Positions 46,177-58,900 of a stretch of 64,000 nt of DNA are shown here, in pieces. The notes beneath the pieces are model-generated. The model saw only the letters and a list, made by a program, of their open reading frames with translations, was not told the DNA's origin and did not search any database. The stretch is from contig CAVYGB010000010.1 in assembly GCA_963767925.1 (NCBI GenBank), positions 896,001 through 960,000 on the forward strand. Direction: 5' to 3'. Position numbers and translations under genes: made by a program. How positions within the stretch are numbered: position 1 is the first letter of the stretch; each line of letters starts with the position of its first letter. The stretch comes from an uncultured delta proteobacterium (GTDB taxonomy: Bacteria > Myxococcota_A > Polyangia > Fen-1088).

Positions 46177-46516
46177 GTCTACTCCTTTCGCATGGCCTTC
46201 ATGGCCCAGCCAGCCAGCCGCTCGACGAATGGTGAAACCACTGGCATCCCGGCGCGGCGGTCGCCACGAGGGCGGGTGGTGGGCGTCCTGATCACCCCGG
46301 AGAGGCTGGGAAAACGATCAACGTGGTGGCCGCCCCAGAAGGCAATATATCCCGCATGTCTTTGGCATGCCAACTATATTGGCCCGCGGGCGGCGGGTCA
46401 GGGTCTGACGGTTCCGCTTCCCGCGGGGCATCACGAGGCCATTGACCGATTCGCCTGAGACCCATAGCCTTTTACGACTGCTGGTCGCATTCACGCCCCC
46501 CTCGGGAGACCCAAAC

Positions 46517-48543
46517 ATGACCCTCAAAGATGTCCCAGCACCCCCTGCGCGAGCGCCGGGCCCTCCGGCGATTGGTGGCCGCGAACGCGTCGTGATCGAG
46601 CGCCTGTCTCCCTCGGTCGAGGGCGGCCCCTTTCCCATCAAGCGGGTGCCTGGCGACGTGCTCGAGGTGGAGGTGGATCTGCTCGCCGACGGCCACGACA
46701 GGATCGGGGGCGTTTTACTCTGGCGCACGGGGCGGACGGCCACCTTCTCGGAGACCAACCTCGCCCCGCTGGGCAACGACCGGTGGCACGCCTCGGTCAC
46801 CCTCGACGCGGTGGGGCTCTGGCAATACACGGTCGAGGCGTGGGTGGACGCGTTCGCCACCTGGCGCTGGGCGTTCGCCCGCAAGCTGGACGCCGGCCAG
46901 GACGTCGCCGTGGAGCTGGCCGAGGGGACCCTGCTGGTCGCGGCCGCCGCCGAGCGCGCGCCGGGCCTAGCAAGCGAGCGGCTACGAGAGATCGCGGGCA
47001 CCCTGGGCGGCCAGACCCCCCAGACCGAGCGGGCGGCGCTGGCGCTCGACCCGGCCCTGTCCGAGCTGATGCAGCGCTGGCCCGACCGGACGGCGGCCAG
47101 CCGGCCCGGTGCCATCCACGAGGTGATCGTCGACCCGCTGCGGGCGCGCTTCTCGGCCTGGTACGAGTTCTTTCCTCGCTCCTGCGGCCCGGCCGGCCGT
47201 CATGGCACGTTCCGGGATGCCGAGGCGCGGCTGGCCTATGCCGCGGAGATGGGCTTCGACGTGGTCTACTTGCCTCCCATCCACCCCATCGGGCGTGCCC
47301 ACCGCAAGGGCCCCAACAATTCCCTGATCGCCGGCCCCGACGACCTCGGCAGCCCCTGGGCCATCGGCGCGGCGGAGGGCGGGCACAAGGACGTCCACCC
47401 TGCCCTGGGCACCCTCGAAGACTTTCGCCGCCTGGTTGCCAGCGCAAGATCGCTGGGGCTCGAGGTGGCCATCGACATCGCCTTCCAGGCCTCGCCCGAC
47501 CACCCCTACGTTCGCGAACACCCGGACTGGTTCTTCTCCCGCCCCGACGGAAGCATCCAGTACGCGGAGAATCCGCCCAAGCGCTACCAGGACATCTACC
47601 CCTTCCACTTCGGGGGGCCGGGCTGGCGTTCGTTGTGGCAAGAGCTGGCGGACGTTTTCTTCTTCTGGATCGACCACGGCGTGCAGGTCTTCCGGGTCGA
47701 CAATCCCCACACCAAGCCGCTGCCCTTCTGGAAGTGGTGCCTGGACACGGTGAAGGAGCGACACCCCGAGGTCGTCTTCCTGGCCGAGGCGTTCACGCGA
47801 CCCAAGCTCATGTACGGGCTGGCCAAGGCCGGCTTCTCCCAGTCCTATACTTATTTTACCTGGCGGACCGGCAAGGCCGAGCTCATCGCCTATTTCACCG
47901 AGCTGACCCGCGGTGAGGTGGCCGAATACTTCCGGCCCAACCTCTGGCCCAACACGCCCGACATCTTGCCCGAGCACCTTCAGCTCGGTAGCCGGGCCAC
48001 CTTCATCGCGCGGCTGGTGCTGGCCGGGACCTTGTCGGCGAGCTACGGGATCTACGGCCCTCCCTTCGAGCTCATGGAGCGCACGCCGCGCGACGGGTCC
48101 GAGGAGTACGCGGACAACGAGAAGTACCAGCTCCGCCACTGGGACCTCGGCCGGCCCGACAGCCTGCGCCCGGTAATCAAGCGGCTCAACCACATCCGGC
48201 GACATCACCCGGCCCTGCAGGGCAACGCCAGCCTGGTCTTTCACCAGGTCGACAACGATCTTCTGATCGCCTACAGCAAGCGCAGTCCAGACGGCAGCAG
48301 CGTGGTCCTGACGGTCGTGAGCCTGGATGGTAGCCACCGGCAAGCGGGCTCGCTCGAGCTGGACCTGCCCGCCCTGGGCCTCGCGCCGGACGAGGCCTTC
48401 CAGGTCCACGATCTCCTGAGCGACGCCCGCTTTCTCTGGCGGGCTCCCCGCGCCTACGTCGAGCTCGATCCCGAAACCATGCCCGCCCACGTCTTCGCTG
48501 TGCGCCGCCGGGCGCGGAGCGAAAGAACTTTCGAGTATTACCT

Positions 48544-48547
<4 letters not shown>
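46517..48547 (+). CDS. glgE: Alpha-1,4-glucan:maltose-1-phosphate maltosyltransferase
   Basis: 'WYEFFPRS', 'YLPPIHPIG', 'YAENPPKRYQDI', 'FRVDNPHTKP', 'FLAEAFTRP', 'PNTPDIL'. Confidence 0.96.
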
Positions 48548-51893
<3,346 letters not shown>

Positions 51894-51897
<4 letters not shown>

Positions 51898-53789
51898 CCC
51901 GGCTTGGGGAGGTCGATCGGCACCTGCTGGCCGAGGGGACCCACGCCCGGCTGTGGGAGCGGCTGGGCGCCCATCCCGGGGCGGGCGGTACCCGGTTTGC
52001 CGTGTGGGCCCCCAACGCCGTGGCGGTCGCGGTCATCGGGGACTTCAACGACTGGGGACGCGCGGCGACCGCCCCCCTTTACCCGGAAGGAGGGGGCGTG
52101 TGGGCAGGAGAGGTCGCTGGCGCCGGTATCGGCGCCGGCTACAAATACCGCATCAGCGGCCGGGGGGGCTACCAGGTCGACAAGTCTGATCCGTTTGCCT
52201 TCGCCCGGGAGATGCCACCGGCCACGGCTTCGGTGGTGACCAACCTCCACTTCGACTGGGCCGACACCGCCTGGATGTCATCCCGCCAGGAGCGCCAGCG
52301 CCATACCGACCCCATCTCGATCTACGAGATGCACCTGGGCTCCTGGCGGCGAGATCCGCGAGCGCCCGCCGGCTTTCTCGGCTACCGCGAGATCGCGCCC
52401 CTGCTGGCGGAGCACGTGACCCGGCACGGCTTCACGCACGTCGAGCTCTTGCCCGTGATGGAGCACCCCTTTTACGGCTCGTGGGGTTACGAGGTGACCG
52501 GCTTCTTCGCTCCCTCGGCCCGATTTGGCTCTCCCCAGGATTTCATGTACCTGGTGGATTACCTTCACCGGCACGGCGTCGGCGTGATCCTCGACTGGCC
52601 GCCGGCGCACTTTCCGACCGACGAGCACGGCCTCGTCTACTTCGACGGCACCCACCTCTACGAGCACGCCGACCCCCGGCAGGGCCGCCACCCCCACTGG
52701 GGCAGCGCCGTCTTCAACTATGGCCGCCACGAGGTGCGGAGCTTCCTGCTGTCCTGCGCCCTCTTCTGGCTCGAGCGGTACCACGCGGACGGCCTGCGGG
52801 TGGACGCGGTCGCCTCCATGCTCTATCTCGACTATGGACGCGGGCCCGGTGAATGGATCCCCAACGATCGCGGGGGCCACGAGAACCTGGAGGCCGTCGC
52901 CTTCCTCCGCCTGCTCAACCAGACGCTCTACCGGGAGCACCCGGACGTGCAGATCTTCGCCGAGGAGTCGACCGCCTGGCCCAGGGTCTCCCACCCCACC
53001 GATCTCGGAGGTCTGGGCTTCGGCTTCAAGTGGGACATGGGCTTCATGCACGACACCCTGGCCTATTTCGCCCGGTCGCCGGACCAGCGGCGCCACCACC
53101 ACCACCAGCTCACCTTCCGGGGGGTCTATGCCAGCAGCGAGAGCTTCGTGCTGCCGCTGTCCCATGACGAGGTCGTGCACGAGAAGCGCTCGCTCCTGGA
53201 GAAGATGCCCGGCGACGAGTGGCAGAAGCTGGCCAACCTGCGGCTGCTCTATGCGTACACCTGGGCCTTGCCCGGAAAGAAGCTCCTGTTCATGGGGGGC
53301 GAGATCGCCCAGCGCCGCGAGTGGAACCACGACGCGAGCCTGGACTGGCACCTCCTGGAAGCTCCCGGCCACGCCCAGATCGCCCGTCTGGTCGGCGATC
53401 TGAACCGCCTCTACCGCCAGGAAGCGGCCCTGCACGAGAGGGACTGCGACCCCGCTGGTTTCCAGTGGGTGGAGGCCGACGACGGGGCCCGGAGCCTGTA
53501 CGCGTTTCTTCGCCGTGGCAGCCAGTCAGAGGACGTGGTGCTCGTGGTCATCAACGGCACCCCCACCCCGCACTTCAACTACCGGATCGGCGTGCCCGGC
53601 GAGGGGCTGTGGCGGGAGATCCTCAACACCGACGCCGACACCTTCGGAGGGTCTGGTCACGGCAACCTGGGGGCGCTGGAGGCCGCGCCGCTCCCGAAAC
53701 ACGGCTGCGCCTTCTCGCTGAGCCTGACCGTCCCGCCGCTGGCCGCCCTGTACCTCAAGCCCGAAACCAGACGGGAAGCTCCGAAGTGA
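51894..53789 (+). CDS. glgB: 1,4-alpha-glucan branching enzyme
   Basis: 'FAVWAPNA', 'YEMHLGSW', 'GLRVDAVASMLY', 'AEESTAWP', 'LSHDEVVH'. Confidence 0.96.
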
Positions 53790-54532
53790 CGGGAGCGCGG
53801 GCCCCGAAAACCAGGGCTGCCAGGCCGGCGCCGGGACGCCGTGCCCGACGCAAGCAGCAGACCCGGGAGGCCCTCCTGGAGGCGGCCCTGCGGCTGTTCG
53901 GCAAGCACGGGGTCTACGAGACCCGGGTCGAGGACGTGACCGAGGACGCGGACGTCGGCAAGGGAGCCTTTTACAACTACTACCCCTCGAAGGCCGCCCT
54001 GGTCGCGGATTTCATCGCCCGCGGCGTGAACCGGCTGTCGGAGACCTACCTGGGGTCGGAGCGGCCAACCCGCTTCGCCGACCGTCTTGCCTCCGTCGTG
54101 AGGGCCCACGATCGCTTCTTCAGCGAGAGCCCCAGCTACGGAATCGTGTTTCACCAGGCCCGCGGGATGCTGGAGCTGGACGCCGGCGCTGCCCCCGTCC
54201 TGCGTACGGCGTTCCAGAGCTACCTCGGCCGGCTGGCCTCCTTCCTGCTCCCCGCCGCGCCTCACGGTACGACCGTCGCGGTCGAGGTCGCCGTGGCGGT
54301 GGCGGGCTGCATCGCCGGGTACCGCTCCTTCGGGTTGGCCGCCGGCATCCCAGCCGCTCCGGCGGCCCTGACGGCCTTGCTGGTTCGCGGAGTCCCGGGC
54401 CTTGCTGGACCCTCGCGCGTTCAGGACGCCGGCCGGGACCGTGCGAACAGCACCACCGCCCGACGCAACTCGCCGAGATCGAACGGCTTGTCCAGCACCA
54501 TGAGGGCCCCGAGGCGACCGGCCTCGCGGTGA
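53786..54532 (+). CDS. TetR/AcrR family regulator
   Basis: GTGA overlap with the glgB stop; HTH 'TREALLEAALRLF...G...TRVEDV...ADVGKGAFYNYYPSK'. The 3' end overlaps the opposite gene by ~110 nt. Confidence 0.85.
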   Translation: MTGARAPKTRAARPAPGRRARRKQQTREALLEAALRLFGKHGVYETRVEDVTEDADVGKGAFYNYYPSKAALVADFIARGVNRLSETYLGSERPTRFADRLASVVRAHDRFFSESPSYGIVFHQARGMLELDAGAAPVLRTAFQSYLGRLASFLLPAAPHGTTVAVEVAVAVAGCIAGYRSFGLAAGIPAAPAALTALLVRGVPGLAGPSRVQDAGRDRANSTTARRNSPRSNGLSSTMRAPRRPASR

Positions 54533-54879
54533 GTTTCGTGGTCGCCGAAAGCAGTCATCACGATGAAGTCGGGATGCCTGCCCTGCTTGTGAAACTCTCG
54601 AATCACGCTCAAGCCGTCGGCACCCGGCAGGCGCAGGTCCGTGACCACCAGCGGGGTGTCCTGGGATTCCGAGCCGCCGAGGTAGGCGCAGGCCAGATCG
54701 GCCATCAAGTCACTGCCATCGCGCGCCTCGAACACCTGATGTCCATCCCGGCGCAGCGAGGCCGCTACCAGAGATCGAAATTCGGCGTCGTCCTCCGCCA
54801 GCAGGATCGCCAGAGGCACAGGCGCCGCGCTGTCTTGCCCCCGTGCGGCTTTCCCACCGTCGCCACCATCTGTCGTCAT
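54421..54879 (-). CDS. Stand-alone response regulator receiver
   Basis: 'ILLAEDD', 'VVTDLRLPGADG', 'MTAF', 'LDKPF'. Confidence 0.9.
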   Translation of the reverse strand: MTTDGGDGGKAARGQDSAAPVPLAILLAEDDAEFRSLVAASLRRDGHQVFEARDGSDLMADLACAYLGGSESQDTPLVVTDLRLPGADGLSVIREFHKQGRHPDFIVMTAFGDHETHREAGRLGALMVLDKPFDLGELRRAVVLFARSRPAS

Positions 54880-54891
54880 GCCCCTCGAGAG

Positions 54892-54907
54892 TGCAGGTTC
54901 GGGGCCG
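54892..54907 (-). promoter_or_regulatory. Possible sigma54 promoter
   Basis: Minus strand CGGCCCCGAACCTGCA (GG-N10-GC), 12 nt before the ATG at 54879. Confidence 0.4.
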
Positions 54908-55109
54908 TGAGAGATCGCCCGCCCGTCCGGTCGAGCCGGTGCCCCGCGCAACCCCGTGTCGAACCGGGACGCCGGGGTGACTCGGCCTCTCGACCAGGCC
55001 CGAGGTCCATCGAGGGCCCGCCTGGTGTGGCGAGGCCAGATGCCCCACCGCGATCCGATGCCTCGGGGGGGGGGCGGCCGCCCAGCCGCACCGCAGAGGG
55101 CCCTGGCGC

Positions 55110-55556
55110 TCAGACCGGGCAGACGTGCTGCCGCACCAGACCCATCATCTGCTGGAGGTCGAACGGCTTGTCGAGCACGACCGCCCCGAGACGCTCGGCC
55201 TCCTCGCGAAGCTCCCTATCGGCGAACGACGAGATCAGGATGACCGGAGTGTTCCAGTCGGATTGGCGGAGCGCTGCAAGGGCCTGAAGCCCGGTAGCGC
55301 CCGGCAGGCGCACGTCCGAGATGACGAGCTCGACCAGGGCCTCCCCATCCGACCGGAGCATCCAGGAGTCGACCAGACCAAGGAGCTCCACGCCGTGACT
55401 GGCCTCGACCACCTCGAGCCCATCGCGGCGCAGGCACGCGGACAGCAAACCCCGGAACTCGTCGTCGTCCTCGGCGAGGATGACTCGAGTCTGTGCCACC
55501 TCGAGCGGGCTCTCGAGTGCTGCGCGCCGAACCGCTGCCCCTGCGGATGATTGCAT
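55110..55556 (-). CDS. Stand-alone response regulator receiver
   Basis: 'VILAEDD', 'ISDVRLPGATG', 'ISSF', 'LDKPF'. SD GGAGG before ATG 55556; paralogous to its neighbour. Confidence 0.9.
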   Translation of the reverse strand: MQSSAGAAVRRAALESPLEVAQTRVILAEDDDEFRGLLSACLRRDGLEVVEASHGVELLGLVDSWMLRSDGEALVELVISDVRLPGATGLQALAALRQSDWNTPVILISSFADRELREEAERLGAVVLDKPFDLQQMMGLVRQHVCPV

Positions 55557-55579
55557 GTGGACCTCCATCCGGGTCTACT

Positions 55580-55595
55580 TGCATCCGACGTGCCG
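55580..55595 (-). promoter_or_regulatory. Probable sigma54 promoter
   Basis: Minus strand CGGCACG-TCGG-ATGCA versus consensus TGGCACG-N4-TTGCA. Confidence 0.55.
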
Positions 55596-55631
55596 CTTCC
55601 TGGCGTCTGGATCCTGGCAGTCGCTGGAAGC

Positions 55632-56957
55632 TCACGTCCCCGTCACCCGCGTGGCCTCGAGCGCGTCGGCGTAGCGCGCGTGCAGGACGCCGTAGTCCGG
55701 CTCGCTGACCTGCAGGGCACTTTCCGAGTAGACCATCTCGACGTGCCGCCGCACCTCCCGCCGGCGCATCTCGACCGTGGCCGCCGCTCCGATCTGCGCG
55801 AGGGCCGCCAGCAGGTGAAGGCGCATCCCCGCGTAGCCGCGGGCATGCCGGCGGATCTCATCGAAAGCTGCGTCGAGCAACCCGGCAAAGCCGGGATTGA
55901 CCGCCACGACTCGCAGCCGTCCATCCAGGTCCCCTCGGTGTGGCGCCCGCAAACCGCAGCGGGCGACCTCGGTCAGGGAGGCGGCCAGCCAATCCACACA
56001 CCCCATGGCGGTGAAGGGGTCGTTGATACCGGGTGACAGCGCCCGGATCGCGACCTCGACCAGCTGCCGGATCACGAAGTGGGCGTCTTGCTCCTCGGTG
56101 CGATGCTCGCCGATGATGAAGGCCTGCCGCGCGGCCGAGTCCAGCTCCGGCGATACGGCCGCCGCCGGGTGAGCCGTGAGCAGCGGCCTCCGGGCTATCA
56201 CGAAGTCTCCCGGACGGACGGCGAGCCGCCAGACGAGCTCATTCCTTTGCGCCAGATCCAGCAGAACGTCGAGGTCGACCACCTGCAGATAGCCGCTGCG
56301 ATCGGCCTCGACCACGCTGCCATCGGCCGGCACCGTGGATGGCAGGGGATCACCCGGGGGCTCTCGATCGACCGGCGCTCCATCTTTCGGTCCCGGCATG
56401 AGGTGACGGGCGAGGGCAGCCTGGAGCAGGCGTCCAAGACCGGCGATCACGACCGGGGCCTGGAGCGAAAGGGAGGTGTGGTGGATGAAGTAGACCAGCA
56501 CGGCGAGGCAGAGAAGGGCGAGGGCGAACGCTCCGCTCACGCCAACCTGAGGCACGAAGACGTTCTCCTCCATCGAACGGATCGTCCGCAGAATCACCAG
56601 GCAATAGGCGAAAGTCCCGACGAAGGTCCCCAGGACGAGCTGGTTGCTCCGATCCTGCATGAAATTGCGGAGGAGCCGGGGGCCGAACTGCTGCGAGGCC
56701 TGCGTCAGGGTCACGATGGTGATCGAGAAGGCCACCCCGCCAACCGTGATGATGGAAGCCGCGATGGTGGACAGCAGCGCCCGGGCGCCATCACTGCCAC
56801 CCTCGTACAGCCAGCTCGACCCCGCACGTCCATCCCAGACAACTTCGGCCTGCAGCGCCGCCGCCGCCAGCGTCAAGCCGCAGGCCATCATGACCAGCGG
56901 TATGAAAAGATAGTTCGACCCGAGAACGTTCCACAGATGCCGGAGGCGGGTTCCCAC
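55632..56957 (-). CDS. DUF2254 family membrane protein
   Basis: 'FSITIVTLTQASQQFGPRLL', 'LG.F.GTF.Y', 'SGYLQ', 'RT.EQD', 'ALSPGINDPFTA'. Confidence 0.9.
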   Translation of the reverse strand: MGTRLRHLWNVLGSNYLFIPLVMMACGLTLAAAALQAEVVWDGRAGSSWLYEGGSDGARALLSTIAASIITVGGVAFSITIVTLTQASQQFGPRLLRNFMQDRSNQLVLGTFVGTFAYCLVILRTIRSMEENVFVPQVGVSGAFALALLCLAVLVYFIHHTSLSLQAPVVIAGLGRLLQAALARHLMPGPKDGAPVDREPPGDPLPSTVPADGSVVEADRSGYLQVVDLDVLLDLAQRNELVWRLAVRPGDFVIARRPLLTAHPAAAVSPELDSAARQAFIIGEHRTEEQDAHFVIRQLVEVAIRALSPGINDPFTAMGCVDWLAASLTEVARCGLRAPHRGDLDGRLRVVAVNPGFAGLLDAAFDEIRRHARGYAGMRLHLLAALAQIGAAATVEMRRREVRRHVEMVYSESALQVSEPDYGVLHARYADALEATRVTGT

Positions 56958-57035
56958 CCCCTCAAGATAGGGACTCGAACCGGATCCGGCCCTGGACCTG
57001 GCCCTGCGCCCGCTCGACTGGCCGCCGGCCTGGCG

Positions 57036-57371
57036 TCAGCCTCGTCTGGCCCGCTCGCCGGGCGAGGAGGTGCGCCTGGTCTGTCTGCCCCTGAGGTTGC
57101 TGTCCGGCTTCTGCCGGTTGCTCGCTCCCCGGGTCGACTTGCGGGATGGTCGCTTCTTCGAGTCTTCGAGAGCGTACGCCGCCTTCCGGGCCGCGGCTTT
57201 CGACCGATTGCGGGCGGCCGTGGATGCGCCGCCCGCCTTGCGGTCGGTGGCGCTCACGCCTGGCTTGGCGGTGTCCACGGGAACGTCTCGACGGGGGGCC
57301 TTGCTCTTTTTCGGTCGCCCGGGGCCGGAACGCTCGGCCTGGGAACGGAAACGCTCGCTTTTGGTACCCAT
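57036..57371 (-). CDS. Small highly basic hypothetical protein
   Basis: 111 aa K/R/S/A-rich, 'KAAYALEDS..RPSRKSTR...NRQKPD'. CACAAT 7 nt before the ATG. Confidence 0.6.
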   Translation of the reverse strand: MGTKSERFRSQAERSGPGRPKKSKAPRRDVPVDTAKPGVSATDRKAGGASTAARNRSKAAARKAAYALEDSKKRPSRKSTRGASNRQKPDSNLRGRQTRRTSSPGERARRG

Positions 57372-57555
57372 GCCGCCCATTGTGCCGGAGATTCCTGGCC
57401 ACGTCCCGAACGAGCCAGACCCGCGGCCACCCGACACCGGATTTCCCGGGTTGGTCTGGCAACGGCTGGCAGACCGGCCGCGGTTTTGCACGCCTCCGGG
57501 TGCAGGTGGTTGGTCGCGCAGTCCAGATGTCCGCCGACGAAGCGGAAAGGAGCCG

Positions 57556-58785
57556 ATGACGATGATGACGACCGCTGGATTCGGGGCTCGGGCAAGGCGG
57601 TTCGCAGGGCGTCGGACCTTCTGCCTGCTCACCACCTGGGTGATCCTGGCGGCAGGCACGGATGTCCGGCGAGCGCAGGCACAGGCCCAGCCCGGTGCGA
57701 CCCACCAGTTCCTGCCGCCCCCCGGGACATACATCGCCGACGCCTTCGCCTTGCGCGAGGATGGGGCGCAGCTGGCCTACGTCACCACGGGCGGGACGAA
57801 GAACTTCGTGCTCCATGTCGTGGATCTCGGCACAACGCCGCGGCAGCGGGAGATCGCAATCCCCGGGCGGGTCGAGTCGCTGCACTGGCTGGGACCGGGG
57901 CGGCTCCTGGTCGTCGGGCCCTCGAAGCCGGGCGGGCGCCTGGTCGGCTCGGCATTCAACGAGGCAGGCCCCGAAGCGTCGATCGTCGGCCCCGCTGACC
58001 ACATCGCGCTGGGCGCCTGGCAGGGCAAGCCGGTGATCACCGCCTACACGAGGGCCCGCGGAAAGGCGGGTTTGCACGAACTGGTAGCCTTCGATCCGGT
58101 CGCCCTGCAGCCCGTGACGAGCCGGAAGTTCCAGGTCGACCAGCGGCAACGGCTGGAGGTGAACGGAGAGAAGGTCAGGCTGTTGTGGTGGGGCCAGGAC
58201 TTCACGTTCGCGGCGGTGCGTCACCCCGGCAAGTACGACCCCGCTCGGGACCTGCGACTCCCCGACCGCTTCGGCCGGGTCGATCTGCTCTCGAACACCC
58301 TGATCGACGACGCGCCCATCGTCCCCTCGGGCTTCGCCCGCCTGGCGTCCTTTCAACGCCTCCATCCCGGCGAGTCGCTCTTCGTTCACCTCGATCCGCG
58401 CGACCAGAAGCTGCTGCTGGTCGACGGGGCCAACTCTCGTACTCTGGAGCCCGTCCGGCCCCTTGGCAAATACGACCCCAGCAGGATGAGCACCCAGATC
58501 GTCGGCAGCGATGAGGTGCTCGTCTCCCTGACCGTCGACCCGCTCAATCGCGAGGCCGCTGCCCGCCGGCAACGCGATCCACACGAGATCGAGATCTACT
58601 CGGTGAACCGCGCCACGGGTGCCATGAAGCTCCGCCTGATCCTTAACGGGGAGAATCGGCCCGCCCGCTGGCACGCTGGCGGAGGCAACCTGGCGCTCCT
58701 GAGGCAACACCGCGGGTTCTCGCGGGGAGGTGTCGTGCTGCAGGTATATGCGCTGCCTGAAACCGTGGGTCGCCACCTTCGCTGA
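57556..58785 (+). CDS. Secreted hypothetical protein, probable beta-propeller
   Basis: Signal-like N-terminus ending in AQA, 'DGAQLAYV', beta-rich. SD AAGGAG. Confidence 0.65.
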   Translation: MTMMTTAGFGARARRFAGRRTFCLLTTWVILAAGTDVRRAQAQAQPGATHQFLPPPGTYIADAFALREDGAQLAYVTTGGTKNFVLHVVDLGTTPRQREIAIPGRVESLHWLGPGRLLVVGPSKPGGRLVGSAFNEAGPEASIVGPADHIALGAWQGKPVITAYTRARGKAGLHELVAFDPVALQPVTSRKFQVDQRQRLEVNGEKVRLLWWGQDFTFAAVRHPGKYDPARDLRLPDRFGRVDLLSNTLIDDAPIVPSGFARLASFQRLHPGESLFVHLDPRDQKLLLVDGANSRTLEPVRPLGKYDPSRMSTQIVGSDEVLVSLTVDPLNREAAARRQRDPHEIEIYSVNRATGAMKLRLILNGENRPARWHAGGGNLALLRQHRGFSRGGVVLQVYALPETVGRHLR

Positions 58786-58900
58786 CCTCCGCGCCGGACC
58801 CCGCCGGCGATAGTCCACCGCCGGGACGGTTTCGGGGCTAAGAACACGGGTGCTTGCCGGGTGTCGCGACGTTCGCGGCCGCCGAACAGGGAGGTTTTCG

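Noticed and set aside
46179..46373. 64-aa ORF upstream of usp
   Set aside because: TTG start, no codon bias or motif, and it overlaps a likely promoter region.
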